NCBI GenBank assembly: GCA_965649765.1
Contig: OZ287751.1
Coordinates: forward strand, 100,130,001-100,194,000
Reading direction: 5' to 3'
From: Bispira polyomma
Lineage: Eukaryota
DNA length: 64,000 nt
Program-made: the position numbers and the translations under genes
The notes under the pieces: model-generated
Told to the model about the DNA's origin: nothing
Database searches by the model: none
Seen by the model: the letters and a program-made list of their open reading frames with translations, nothing else
In this document: positions 1 to 14,652 of the stretch, piece after piece
Layout: every line of letters begins with the position of its first letter
Position numbering within the stretch: the stretch's first letter is position 1

Positions 1-114
1 CAATAGAAAAATAGTCTCAAGGAAGTATGACTTATCTGGAAAAAATATCTACTATTACTGTCATACATGAAGCTGTAATATTGTAACTGATGTGACACTA
101 ACTACATTACTTAC

Positions 115-158
115 CAACTTCATCATCATGGAGAACGAACTCTTGTTTTTCTTGGAAT
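115..158 (-). CDS. Host gene internal exon (D-SKKNKSSFSMMMKL); gene continues beyond window start
   Basis: TTTTGTTATTACAG| acceptor, TTG|GTAAGT donor, 44 bp, phase 1/0 continuing the previous exon. Confidence 0.65.
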
Positions 159-3100
159 CTGTAATAACAAAAACAAATAAAAGACTTCTATGTACGTGTA
201 CATGTGTTTCCGGTGTTGCCAGTTAGTATAAATTTTACTTGCTGTATGTTAAGGTGTTACGATAATACTTTGCTGACACACTCGCCTCCCACGCCTAAGG
301 TCCCGGTTCCAATTTCGGCCAGGGCTTTAAGTGGTTTCCACTAGTATTAAAATTTCCCATTGTCATATGACCTATACAATGTGTTGAAAGCGACGTTAAA
401 TTCAAAACAAAACCAAGTCAACCTTTTATTAATATTCTGCTAATTTATTTACAATTATTTAAAAAGACTTGTGGCTGTAATGTAGTCCTTATATGCTTTA
501 AATCATGGGGGTACATTAAAAGAAGAAAATAAATATTGAAATAATATATAATTTTTATTAGTGAAACAGATAATATGACATTTTACAAATTTATTTTCAT
601 AAATATTACTCATTTTACTGGAATTTAGAATTGTTAATATTTTCAATGGAGGAAAAGATTGGTTGTCTGCAACAATAAATTTGGCTCAAATATATAAACC
701 TGAGATATTAAAAAAAAATATGTGACCCCAAACACATTAAAACTTATTCCCCCAAAAAATACATTAGAGATAAACACATTAGTACCAAACCAGTTACTAT
801 TTTTCTTTATTACATGGAAAAATATGTCCTAACACAACTAAGGAATATGTCAGATGACATTCACGACATCTTATCATATACAAAGTCTTATACTATTCCA
901 CTAAGGGAATCACCACTAATGCATTCTTCCCTAATTATTATGCCTAGAGCAAACCCCAGATGAAGGGTGAGTGACTGACTGATTTTTAACCCTGCCTCAT
1001 TTAGGCATCTTGTTTGATGTGTGTTTATAATATATAAAAAAATCTGCTCTGAAACTACCAGGTTTTTTTCCGCCAATTGATACAAATAGGAGAAAGAAGA
1101 TATTTTGTATGTGGGGAGAGGCATAGCAGAAATGCCATTAAAAATGCATAGTAGGAGACAGTAGATTCTGTGGGTTTCAGCTTGTCTCCTCTACTTGGGG
1201 GGGGGGGGGGGGGAGGGGGGGATTTTTCAGGCTTCTCTCACCAGACGAAAATCTAACTTATAGAAGCTACATACAGGAGTTTGACAGGTTAGTCTGGTGA
1301 CTAGTAAGAATCCAGGGTCTCTTTGTCTCTTAGAAAAGCACAACATTCCCTTGAAAAACAAGGTATGATGAACCAGCTGAAGTAAAAACAAAAATCTTAA
1401 TTTTGCAAAATATAAACTTAATAACCCTGTATTTGCAATATCTGATCTAATGATTTGAGATATTCAAATATTTGTTTTTGGTACAGCATTTGTTTGAACA
1501 AATATATGCTAGTTCCTTAAAATTTTAAGAAGAAGTTCACTTCTGTGACATGTGACCAACAATTGACGAAAAAAATTGGTAATTGTTCAACTCTATGGTA
1601 CATATGTGGTTGCCTACGTATATGATCAATTGTTATATTGGGTTTCTTATTATTTGGAGTAACATGCATTAATTAGGTGTTTACATCCAACAGCTTAGGT
1701 TATGTCACGAAGGCAAGAGATTTAACGGTGAAAGACTAACCACCAAAGCTGGAGTACTGTAATCCACTGACCTATGATAAGTATGCCCACATGAAGGAAT
1801 GAATGGGATTGGTGAGAAACCAGTGATTGTAAAGCACATGATTTTAACCACTGGACAACCGTGCTCCGCCCTCCCCCTTGTGCTTGTAAGAGTCTGTTTT
1901 AATATACTGACCCCTCACCTCTGTCGACAGTGGCATCCCGCATTGGTTTCCTCTTGTATAAAAGTTTTGCCAGGTACGTGCTGTAGGTTTTTTTTAACCC
2001 AATATATAAGGCCATTTGTGACACATATTTTGCCCAAATACATTTAAAATAACTCAAATTACATTATAACGAAAAGCTTAAAATTAAAAAAGCTCTATGT
2101 ATGTGTGATACATAGACTGATACCATGTTATGAAAATTGTTTTGAAAAGGTAGGGCCACCCTGCCAGGTGCAGTTAGCTGTAAGGTTCCTGTAAGAGGGT
2201 TGCAATCTATCCCCTCTGCACAGGGTGTCGGAAAAACAATTAAGAATAAACCTTAAAAATGTTTTGTGCTTGAGAAACAATGAATTATGGTTCTGGGGTT
2301 AAAGACTTGACCCCTGCACAATAAAAAACAGTACATAGATTATTGCAATGATTCATTATTTTATAACCATTGCAGGCAAGGCAAAACTGATGCAGGGGTT
2401 TTTACAGGATATTACAGGAGAAAAAATGAAATTATGTCCCCATCTCACAATTAATCGGAAATAACCTGTTGTGTGTGATTATATCAGATCGACAAATAAG
2501 TCTTGCTGTGATTTATTGCAGAGAAAACTGCGAAGAGCCATTTCCTCTAGCTGTAAGTTTAATTGTCCTGACAAAACTTATGACTTCATAATTACATATC
2601 AATTTTTTACATAATTTACACTTCTATTTCTTTCTTTTTTTTGAGTATTAAATTGTATGTAACCATAATATGGCGTAAGCTATGGCAAAAGAAAGAAAAA
2701 ATCATGATTGTGAAATTATATACCAGATCTGCCTGGTCAAGTTTTTACTTGTAACTTAATGCACGCCTGCAATGTCAGATATACCATTAATTGCACAATC
2801 TTTATCATGCTTAATAAAGGCTAATAAGTGTGGTGCTATATTTCGACAGGTATATCAATAAATTATCTTGACAATGATATCCAACTAAACTAGAAACATC
2901 CAGGGACTGAACAGAAATATTCAGAAATGCATGCAGAAATGTATAACTTTCTCACTTTCAAACATTTCAACTTAAAGTGCACTACAGACAGATAGAATAA
3001 GATATAAAAACGTGCATACTTTTGGTGGCAAGAAGAAGTTTCCAAAGATATGGATTTCAATTGAGTTTTGCGCTGTTTTTATGCTGCTTTCAGTCACTTC

Positions 3101-5949
3101 AGTCAGATCGTGACAGCCAAATTTAAAGGTTGAATAAACAAGTGCTGAAGCCAATGTAATCCAACTCTAGAGAAAGAGTAGCTGACAAACTTTCCACTAT
3201 GAAGGAACAGGATTTAAACCCACTATGGGTGAGAGGGCCAGTGAATGGTAAACAGGCACTTCTAACTGCTAGGCCACCTTGAGCCCCGAAGTACATGGAA
3301 AGAACTAAAGTTGGGTAGTATACGGTAATGGTTTATGGTAATGTTGATGGCTCTTATCATAGATATTCCCCTTGGTAAGTGCCTATTGTACCAGCTGCAA
3401 TGTTTGCTAAATCATTAGTTTATTCCACTTCATTTCCTTGGGATCCTTTCTAAATCTTTGATATTTATAAACAGACCAACACATTGCTGCTTCCACATTT
3501 TCTCTCAAATTTCTCTCCATGATTGCAGCTAAAGCCCTTGATGAATATTTTGGATGTGTTTCCAAATCAGGCTGGTGACACAAAAATAGCCATGACTAAT
3601 ATATATACTCAATCCATTTATCATACTAGAAAAAAATCTTAAAATTGAAAATCTTTCTTTACTAGAGATAAATTGAAATTTTGTAAGTAAAAAAACATAC
3701 TATCTGACTATGAGGTTGGGCTTTAGACCAAGTAGACCAGACAAGTAAAGGGTTTTATCCCTAAAAGGAAGAAAATGAAGCAGCAATATAATAACACATT
3801 ATTAAGAAGCTGTGTTGTTCTCCCCAGGCAGCATTGTCGTAAAACATGATGCTCTTCTTAAAGAGAGACCAAATCCAAGGATTTAGGGAGACACACCACA
3901 ACCAGCCACCCTTCCTCTCTCCATGAATTATTGAAAACACCTGCTTAGGTTTAATACTCAAAAAAAAATAGATGATGGAGAGGGGGGGGGGGAGTCGTGA
4001 TGACCTTTAACAAAATGTGGTTCATACCAAAATATACAGTGCGGATCCAGGATTTTGTAAAGGGGTGGATTGGTCGACACCCAGAATATATTGTTAACAT
4101 AAAGGTTATCACATTTTGTTGTCATGGCATGGATCGTGATATTAAATGACGTTTTTAGCAGATGTTTAAGCATTGAAAAGTTGACTGCTAGACTCTAAAG
4201 GCTTTGTGTGTAACCAGGCTAATTTTGAAATGAATTCTGAACTAAACTGAGGGCTATTAGAGAGATTTTGTAATTCAATGGTTATATGGTTAAAACGTAA
4301 GGCAGGGGGTCACCAATCTACAAACAAAGGGTTTCTTCCACAGATTTGAATCTGCAATTAATAGATGGCGGAGATCTGACAGGAGAGAATCAGCTTTTAC
4401 AAAATGTGCTAATTAATATAAACAGGGCACAGGTGTGATTATTTCAACAGAAAAAAGCTAAACACAGGTTATTACAGTTATGGTTTATATTAGCAAAGGT
4501 ATCATTATCAAGGTGAGTTTGACAATACACTCCCACATCCTTCCCAACAAACTGTTTTTTGGGGGGTTTTTTTGGACTCAATTGGTTAACTGATTCTGCT
4601 GGTCGCTTTAGAAGAGACAAAACAATATATAAACCATAATTGCTGTATGTGGCAAGGAAGTGACCTGATGAAAGTGACAACCTACGTTTTATAAAGATTC
4701 ACATTTTCAAAATAGATTGTTCAATCTTTTATTTAATCTTTTATTTAATTTGATGATATTTTTCAAAATAGATTGTTCAATCTTTTATTTAATTTGATGA
4801 TATTTCTGTTATTGTTAAAATTGCTATGACAAAGATTTGAGTTTTATCTGTTGAATTTTTGTCAGTGCAATATCACTGTCCCAATTTGTGTATTAGATTG
4901 GGAGAGGCATTTTGTGGGAGTAAAGCAGAACAGAGGTGTTGGTCAATGTTTTTTGCAAACCACCTTCCTTCGACAAGTCTATTGCCAATTTCTGATATAT
5001 TATTTTACTATTGTATTTGGCATTTTTAAAGCATACTAATGATGTAAGGCATATTCTAAATCGCAACAACAGAATCAACTAAGCAATCGATAAGTCCAAG
5101 AAAACATATCCACGTCATAAAGAAGAATGTTGGAGTGCAGGGATGGAACTATAAGGGGGTGGAAGGTTGAACAGATACGATTTATCTTTTTTCCATAATC
5201 CAAAAGAGGATTTCTTTTTCTTATAACTATAATACGCTATTCTACTTTTTTTCTATTTTATATGACCTCTATAACGAAACCCTTTCACCGTTTGCACTGG
5301 ATAACTGTTATAAACCCAAAACAAGCAGGTGAGCCTTCAGTACATCCCAGTATTACCACCCAGTATTACACTGTGTGTGTTTTGTACCCTCCTGTGTCAT
5401 CTGTCAAGTGGCCTTTAGTGGTAAGTGCTCTGGCCTTCTATAAACGAACATCATCCCCGTTTGTATTATTTACAAGTGACCTTCCACGTTTTTATTGACA
5501 CCGGATGCTTGGCTGATGCAGTGGGTTTTTTTTCTCTGTCTAATCATATTATACCTGCGATTATTCAATCTCTCTCCATTTGTTACAATTTTCAATTTTT
5601 ATTTTATAAGGATGGGGGGACTAAATGGTGTTACAACTCATTGTTCACCCATACATTGACCCTTCCATCCAGCCATACATAAAAAACACAGCCTACCATA
5701 CACCATACATTGACCCTTCCACCCAGCCACAACTTACTCTGCTAACTGAACACACTGTGGTATGACTTGTTACAGAGACAGCCATATATTCAGCCTTCCA
5801 TTCTGCCATACACAGCCTCTCATTCACACATACATTTAGTCAGCTATATACAGCCTATTATTAACCCATACATTCAGGCTTCCACCCAGCCAGCCATGCA
5901 CAACACCTATACTCCCATACATTCAGACTTCCACCCAGCCACAACTCAC

Positions 5950-6107
5950 CGTGTTCACTGAAAACACTCTGGTAGGATTTGTTACTGGCGAAGTCGTGCA
6001 CTGTGTTCCGTTTGATGAGGACCTTCTTCCTGCGGACTGTGGAGAGGTCGTCCTGGAATTTCTTCTCACCTTTACCTTGGTTATTCTGATTCTTCTCGTT
6101 TTGAGCG
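5950..6107 (-). CDS. Host gene internal exon (AQNEKNQNNQGKGEKKFQDDLSTVRRKKVLIKRNTVHDFASNKSYQSVFSEH-D)
   Basis: TTTGTTACTCAG| acceptor, G|GTGAGT donor, 158 bp, phase 2/1, coding-like GC; lies inside ORF 5861..6232. Confidence 0.75.
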
Positions 6108-7179
6108 CTGAGTAACAAAGGACAATTGTGATTAATTTTAAAAGTTGAAATACCTTTGCCCAGGAGATTAACCCTACAACTACTGACGGCATTTAATAAT
6201 GGCCTACATTGCTGATTAACAGCAGATAGCATTTAACAGTCGACACCCCAAATATACTTTTTTATTTTAGTTAGTTGCACTAGACACTTGTTATTACATC
6301 AGAATCCCCTGTTAAAATAATTCTATGTGAGGTTGTGATTGAATGCCGGAAGTAGTAAGGGGTGTGTGTTTTAGTGGCTCTAGTTATTACCCCTAGTTAT
6401 TTCCCCAAAATTTTCCTTTAGTTCCCAGCAATAGTTCTCTTTTCGGGTAGAATGGATTAATGAACCCAAATTATACAGCATTCTACAGCATATGTATGTG
6501 AAAGTTGTGTCCAACTCTGCACTCTTAGAGTAGCCAGTGAAGTTTGAGGACAAACATCGCAAAACAACTCATCAAAGGGGTAATTGGCTTTATTCAGGAA
6601 GAGCCTGAACTTCCGGTACACAGCCCCAACTCACCCCAAGGCTGTTCTGGAAATATTTGCATTCTGTACATGTAGAAGTCAGACAAATGTCTAATGTTTT
6701 GCAACATAAAAGGGGGGAAGACACCCCCCCCCCCCCCTCACACACACACATATCATTACCATGTCAGTTGAACTCATAACTTTAGACAAACACACAACAA
6801 ACATATATGAAGTGAGGTCAGAACCCTTAGAGTTAGCCTGGATAAAGCTCGGATATGTACGAGTTGTATACACGGTAACTAGATTCGTCAACGATGTTAT
6901 GGCTTATACACATGTCTGTTTGGATGGTTGGTTTATTTGTCACAACAAACTTAATGACAGGAATAAATTTGGCGAAGGAAAAGACTATGGACATAGAAAA
7001 TATTTTACATTCGTTTTTGAACATATCCAGGTGAAAATAGTGGAACCAGGCATTTTCTGTGGTCACATTTTATTAAGGGGAGAGCTGTATGTTTAGGTGA
7101 AGGTATGCACTGTACTAGGTCACCCTTCAAATTAAAAAAAAATATATGCACTTAGTACATAGGTTTAGTATATATATTA

Positions 7180-7370
7180 TGGGTAGTAGTGTATATATTG
7201 ATTGTAGGAGTTTACCCATTGATGGTAACAGTTTATCTTTTGATAGTAGGAGTGTATCTAGTGATGGTAGGAGTGTATTTAGTGATGGTAGGAGTTTATC
7301 TAGTGATAGTAGGAACTTACCTATTGATGGCAGGAGTTTACCCATTGATAGTAGGAGTTTACTAATCAAG
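7180..7370. repeat. 21-bp minisatellite (AGTAGGAGTTTATCTAGTGAT-like)
   Basis: ~9 diverged copies; explains the 7-aa periodic ORFs on both strands. Confidence 0.85.
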
Positions 7371-7984
7371 GGAGAGATTTACCTAGCTAGAATTTGCTTT
7401 TTATCAGTATGTTGATACTACACCATCATAACCCAGAAAGGCTAGTCCACCTACTATGTTTTTGGAACAAGTCAAACAGCTCCTGGCTCTCAGCAATAAA
7501 CAGCTTAATTAGATTCCTTGGTCCATTTTTAGGCAGTCTTCTAATGTTACATTCTTAGAGTATAGGGTTTCAATGGAAAACGTTAATGATGACCTAGTTG
7601 TTGGTGTCAGTCAGAGTGAGTAGGTTGTAACAATTTGAACAATAGACATAATAGTAGAGCACAATAACTTCATGGTGAGCAACTTGGGGTAAAAATGGGT
7701 AGAAAGGCTTACACCCTAGTTACTGCAAAAATGTTACTAAAATGACATATGCTTGAGCTGGTTACATTCAAAATTATTATTCTTATTGGTGTATCAATTA
7801 AATGTCAAGCAATGCACACAAGTAGTATCCAAAACATGCGTTATACTTTAAACTGATGAAATTAGATGTCAAGATTTCCTGTTTGTTTTTATGACCTTAA
7901 ACATTTTCTACGGAAAAAAATACATGACAGCTGTTATATCACCACACTGTGACTGATGCAGTTGTAAAAACAATAAAAACTTAC

Positions 7985-8061
7985 AATATGCTGTTATCGC
8001 TTTCATCACACGAGTTTGAAGGTGATTGGTCCCCGTCTGGAGCACTGATAACGCCCAGGGC
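7985..8061 (-). CDS. Host gene internal exon (ALGVISAPDGDQSPSNSCDESDNSI-F)
   Basis: TTTTTTCTATTTTTAG| acceptor, |GTAAGT donor, 77 bp, phase 0/2 matching both neighbours. Confidence 0.7.
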
Positions 8062-11000
8062 CTAAAAATAGAAAAAAGTTGTCATATTAACCATGGTCAA
8101 TGATTTAGGGGGGTAGACTTAGGGTTCCAGGTTCCAGTCATAGTAACTGTCACCATAGTAACTATATGCATAGCAACAGTTGTCATAGTAACCATAGTCA
8201 TAGTAACTTACAAAGATAAAATGCACAATCCCTAGTCCTACCAAGCTTGTATTGCACTGTTTATCTTCTTTTGTCATGTAATTTTTTAATATTCAACCAC
8301 TCAGGTAGTTTTACTATAATATTTGAATAGATGCAAATTGGGTACAACAGGCTGTGACTTTTTTGTCTAGAAACGATTAGGAAAGCCAGCCAAAAGGCAA
8401 CTGCAGGTAATGTTCGACTAATTTTACAAAGGTGCCATGTAATAGATACCTATACTAAAAGGTAGTTTTCATTTCAAGAAGAATTTTTATCCTGCTTTGA
8501 GTTATTCAGAATTTAATTACATACGTCATGTTTACAGTTGTAAAATGAACAAAAAGTCCACAAACATCACTGAGGTATAGCAGACTATCAATTACCATCT
8601 TAATGAAATTGGGTATCCCAGTTAATTATCACACTATAGTAACTCAATCATGCTAATTTGCTATATAACACTATTTCAATTATTCAGCAGGGCTCATTTT
8701 GCACCTATAAGTTGTCTATTTCATTTGTAACACACATGGGTGGTATGACTAAGCAGAATTAGTCTGCAGTATGAAGTTGAAACCCATTTTTTTTAGGTCT
8801 ATTTACAAAATCCAAAATGGTTCAAACGGCCTAGCTCTGTGAGGGTTAGGGTGTTGGTGTAAGTACAGTATAACCTCTATTTTATGGACATCGTGGAGGA
8901 ATGAGAAAAAAAGGTCCGTAAAATAGAAGTAGCATTTTAGTATCAAACAAAAAATAAAAAAATAAATTTGGATCAATAACTCTGAGGCCCTAAAAATAGA
9001 AAACCTTGTCATAGTAACCGTGGTCAATGATTAAAAATGGTAGAATTAGGGTTGAAAAAAGTTTGGGTTTTTTAATTGAATATTTGAATAATAAAGGGTC
9101 AGATAATAGAGGTTCTACATATGGGAATTTAAGGGGAAAGATTATACAATAATTGGGGTGATTTTGTTAGATGTATAAAATAGCAATATCTGAACGTGAT
9201 TGCATCTAATTTACAAGTGCATTGCATTTGACAAATATATATACACTCCAAAAATTACAGTAATCCTTTATGTGTTGCAGATATTATTCTTTTCTACCAG
9301 CTGTGAAATTATATTTGTTTTGTTTGCTTTTGAGTTAATGTCATTTAAAAACATGTTTGGTGATATTGGGACAGCCAGACTTCTTGCTGGAGGTAAACCA
9401 GTAAAATTTCTACTGATTTATAATTGCCATTTATACTTATGGCAAATACCATTCCGATCTTAACTTTTATTAATATGTTATTTAAGCTAGATAAGGCGCC
9501 AGTTAAGAAACTGCTTTTATTTAGATGATTTCTTCTGTTGATCAGCTGTATTCTAATTATTTAAAGCGTCAATATGACATTACAGGAGGATCTTTTACAC
9601 ATTTTTGTAGATAGTGATGATGATATATTATCTACTGTTTTGTAACCAGACAAAAACCACAAAGGCACATTAAATCACACTGTCCCTTATATAATTAAAT
9701 GGTTTTAAATAATATATGACCTCGGCCCATAGTTTGGAAGAGGTTTTCAACTGACAACAAATCATAACCTCCTACATCTTTGTTTACACGATAGTTATAT
9801 CTCTCTTACTCCATATTCAAGTTCCTGGTTGGAAGCTCTAAAAATATGTATTTAAAAACTGTAAATATTCTATTATATAACTGATATAATTGCAGGTTAT
9901 CCAACAAGGAGACCTAAATATGAGGTATTTTTAGTGTAAGCATCAGTTGTAACACCTTTATTGATAACTATGGACCTAGTGGCCTTATTCTCCCAACATC
10001 TCAAGCTAATCACAGACTCCAGCTTATAGTTTCCACCTAAATCTCAGGCCAAGATGCAATATGACCGCATATTTCAATTTTGTACTGAAAACTCAAATTC
10101 AAATGTTACATAATAGGCCTCTTTAGTGGTAGGTCTGAATCGAAGAATCTTTGGTGAATAGGGGTCCTCCTGTCACTCATAAACCCCTCAAAAAAACTTT
10201 GCCACAGGATAATTTGTGTCTTGCAAACTCTATGTTTTGTACCTATAATAAAAAATCTATTTTGGCCTCCAAAGTAAGCCATGTTTTCTCCTCCAAAATT
10301 TGGCGAGTGATGTGCTTCAAAAGTAAATTAGTGTGACTTATACAGAAAAACAAACTTCTTCATTAAAAGATATAAATGCTTATAGCATATACTTGCACTG
10401 ACTAATTGTATTGATCATTACTTTAATCAATTGAATTTGCTTTTCTTGGAGGGGGGGGATATTACAATTTTTTACTCATAATGCTGAGTTTGACCATTTC
10501 TCATCAAAGAAAAGGCTATCTTGAAAACCTTCTTTTTCGAGGGTTTATAACTCAAAACCTTGAGACAGTTTTGTTGCAAATTTTCCACCCCCCCCCCCCC
10601 CTCCTAGTCTTGTGTAGTGGTGATGGCTGTCAAAGGTCAACTAATTCCCCACGTAATAAAGCTATTGACTTTTGATTTTCTTGCCAGGATACAACATCGC
10701 GAGGGATAGAGTATATCACAGCACATAGTGAGTTCTTGTAGAAAAGACAAAACTATGGAATATAGGTCATTAAGGATGCATCTGCTATGCTGGTATATTC
10801 TCGAAATAAACTCATGCATAAACTAATATACTCCACTCAAGTATATTAGGCTATAGTGTGGATAAAATGCTTGTAGTATAGGGACATAATCCTATAATTG
10901 TGACCATTTATTTAAATAGAGCTTTGATAACTGAATTCAAATATAAAGTCAAATATTAGATCTGTGTACTGTATCCAGAGTTAGAGAGAGAATGCAGATG

Positions 11001-12842
11001 TGAGTTTGATAATGAGTTGGAGCTGAGTATTTAGGTTCGAGAATACAAGGCCAGGAGTTTGGACTGGATGATATATTAGTGGCGGAGATGAGGTAGCTCG
11101 TTGTGTACCCCTTATGTCAAATAGTCTAATAAAACTGGTAAAATTTACCATTTACAATTTGTTTAAAAATTAATTGCTATAAAAGCATGGTCACATGTGT
11201 TTATTGTTTAAATATTTTCACATATTGTAGCAGGGGGGTGGTATCAATTATCCGAATCTTTAAGAAAAAATAGTTTGCAAGTAACTTCTTCATCCAAGAA
11301 CTTCATACACTTGATCAAGATTAATTTTTGTGGAAATACTTCTCAATGCATTGTATAAGGTAGCCTAATATTTAATTCACAGCTGCAACCTATGTATTTT
11401 CTATGCATTACAAACTGGGACTAGGATCCAATCAGGTCACTACATCTATATCTGTGACCTATATTTTAGACTACTAAAGTAAAATGCATCCACCTGAATT
11501 TAAATACTCGTAAACTAAAGTCTCATCTTTTTAATGATGATTTTTTTTCCTCCATAGTCTTTCATTTCATTCTGTCTCTGAAGCCGTACATTGAAAAAAG
11601 TTTAAAATCAGACTCAAATCAGATTTTTTTTTGCTGGTTGCGATGGTGACCCACTCATAAATCTCAATTCAAGGCGTATTCTCCAATATTTTGATCGGAG
11701 ATAATTGCTCAAGCTCAAAGTTGCACAAGATTGTACCTTGACTCAAATGTAATAAAAATTTCACTCAAATGAAACGAAACAAAATGGTCATGTGACCACA
11801 GGTCCAATATAACCGTAAGTTTGATTGGCTTGTTATTTTAGGCCAGTGTCAACATGTCTACACTTGAGTCTGAGCTGATAAAAAACTCAGCTTCCTTCTG
11901 GCACTGCCTTATGACTTACGCCTTCTAATATAGGTGTCTAGAGTGTGCCTTAAATATTGTTAGTTTGCCCTGTTAAGTGCTCAGAGATACCCCGGTGGTG
12001 ACTTAAAGTCTGCAGTCATAAATAAATAATAATCACAATAATGGTGAACCTCTCATTATTGGCACACGGAAAGTCAGATCACTTTGCTGTTAAGCAAAAC
12101 TATTCAATTTAGACAAATATAAGAAAAGACTGACACTGAGATGTTCAAAAGCTGACATTACATCCTCTAACAACTCAGCAACGACAGTAACCCCCACATC
12201 CTTCCTTGTGACCTTGTTTTTTAGACTCCATTTGTTAGTTGATTATGTTGTATGTGCCTTGTATCAAAAAGGCAAGTTAAAAATATAATACAATTATTAT
12301 CTTGATTACTATTACATGTATTATTGTCAATTATTGATTATTGTCAATAAATAATAGCTCATTGTTCTAAGGTATCTTACAGCATTTTATGGTTAAATGT
12401 TAAATACCATTTTTTTTTTTTTTATCATATCAGATTGCGTGTCAAATATCTCACTACGAAACCCTGCCTTGTTAAGACAGTATTTAATCTTCATCAAGAA
12501 CCCCCCCCCCCCCCCTCCCACCCCCATCTTCAGATGACCCCATCCAACCTCTCCCAGGTCTGTAAATGTTCAGGAAATGAAAAAAACCAAGTTATAATTG
12601 TGGCCTGTGTCCTTGAGTCAACCCCCCCCCCCCCCAACCCCCACCGGTTTCGCTGTTTCAGGAATTGCTTTCTGTACTGTAAACATAACAATTTCACCTT
12701 GTACACAAAATGTTTTCAGTATTTCTTTGGCATTTCAATTTCCACTATGCCCAGAGGCAAGCTAAAGAACTGTTGAGATATTGAGTTGGTCATCCCAAAG
12801 CCTCTTACGCTGGTTGGTGCTGTACTTAGGCAGTCAGGAACC

Positions 12843-13085
12843 AGGGCCTTATTCACAAAAGGTGTTAGTCTTAACTTAGTCTTAAGACTAAGCTGTCGGT
12901 CTTTGATTTTGGTCCAAAGGTTTGACATTTTAGTCTTAGTCACAGTAACAAAACATATTTGGTTGCTGTTAATTTTACTCAAAACACTAAGGCTAAGAGT
13001 AGAGAGTCTTGATAAATTTCAGACATAAATGTTAAGCTTAAGACTAACTTAAGACTAAAAAACCTTTGTTGTGACTATGGTCCAA
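12843..13085. mobile_element. MITE-like fold-back element (related remnants near 59640-59795 and 63250-63410)
   Basis: Inverted ends ATTCACAAAAGG..TTAGTCTTAACTTAGTCTTAAG / CTTAAGACTAACTTAAGACTAA..CCTTTG..TGA. Confidence 0.65.
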
Positions 13086-13164
13086 TGTGCTTTGAATACC
13101 AGATCACATAAATGTGCTGTATATATATTTGAACATCATACAATACAATAGACTAGTTTCTCTG

Positions 13165-13505
13165 ACCTGTGGCCTAGCGGTTAGATTGTTCAACTTAGGA
13201 TAACAGGGTCTTAAAGGGTCCCAGTTTTGATTCTTGGTGCAAGCCTGGAGATTGTACCTTGGTAAATGTGCTTTACACAAAGTTGTGCCTCTCCACCCCA
13301 GGTGTATAAATAGGTACCTGGTCGCTAATAGGTGCTATAGTCTCTGTGCCGCATGTGGCAGCATGGCTAGTATGCACCCTTATGGAGCTGATAGTGAATA
13401 ATTGGTTGGCACAGGTAGAAGAACCCAGGCTGGGGGTGTAAACTGTGTAAAGCGCTTTGAGAAAGCTAGCAAGAGAAAGCGCTATATAAATGCACATTAA
13501 CATTC
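13165..13505 (+). mobile_element. tRNA-headed CORE-like SINE with L2-type 3' tail (partial second copy at ~17435-17600)
   Basis: A-box GTGGCCTAGCGG; core CTCTCCACCCAGGTGTATAAATAGGTACC shared with 17553-17580; tail GTAAAGCGCTTTGAG...AGCGCTATATAAAT. Confidence 0.75.
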
Positions 13506-14411
13506 ACATTTAGTCAGTTAAGAGAGCTAAAACTTGAATCTGTTGTGGATATTCCAGCTTTTACTGTACTTTTGCTACTGGTGTTGCAGTAATTGGACAC
13601 TCCCATAGAGCTGTCAGGCCATGAACACAGAGATATCCATTATTCTGCTTAGTTAGTTACAACACATGGATAGGGATCTCTGCTCTGTGTAACTTGAGCT
13701 GTTGATATCATATCAGATTGGATGGGGCCTTGATGGTGTAGTGGTAACACACTCACCACCCTATTTCAGCCACACGGGTTTGAATCTCAGTCAATTTTCA
13801 AAATTAAAAAAATATGATTTACAGCAGTAGATACAATTCCTTTCAGCATCATCCTATCACTTAAATACTGTTGAATTTAGTTGGGTTTTTTACATTGCTT
13901 TCAACAACTCAGATCACATCATGATAGCCAGTTATAATGGTAGAAGAAATCAGAGCTGAAGCCATTGTGTAAAACCGCCGACTTACGGCAAGTATCGGAG
14001 AAAGTGCTCCACATGAAGGAACAAACATGATTTGTACCCACAGGCCAGTGATTATGAAGCAAACGCCACTACGTATCATCGCTTGAAAGCGGACCTTGAT
14101 GGTAAAGGATTAGTAGGGCGATTTTTAATCCCATGTCTAACATTGGTAGCTACAGGCTCTTTGTTATGTTGTGTTGTGTTGTGTTGTGGTAACAGACTCG
14201 CCTCCCACCTCTGCTGGTGTGGCATGTATTTGTGGAAAGTTGGCAGTAGACTTGTTGAAGGTTGGTGGCTTTAGAGAGCAGCAAACCTTGCCCAACTGTT
14301 TTTATTACTTGATTAAAAACTGGATTGTCTCATTGTGATATGAAACAAAGACGTGTTTAATACATTGTATATACAGGATTGGCATATATGCTTAAAAAGT
14401 ATTGGTAACTT

Positions 14412-14652
14412 GTACAATGTCACTTAAACAAGGGCAAAGTAAAAGAGATCTAGAGACAGCTTAATTTGTATTTATGTTCTGAGTTAAAGAGAAACCCTGA
14501 GAGGGTACAAGCCATGGCCACTTGTGGTGGGGGAAGCTGTCTGTATTAAGTTGAATAGCAGGATATGTTCCCGTCTACTTCGTTTTAATGAAGGAACAGA
14601 AAAGGCCAAGACATAGTTATGTCCATGTCACGTGACCCCTGCTCATAAATCC
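14412..14652 (+). repeat. ~240-bp direct repeat, copy 1 (copy 2 at 17041-17281)
   Basis: Near-identical colinear sequence with about a dozen differences; contains GTCACGTGAC. Confidence 0.9.

Noticed and set aside
7127-7415. Periodic ORFs on both strands (LRR-like appearance)
   Set aside because: Translation artefact of a 21-bp minisatellite.
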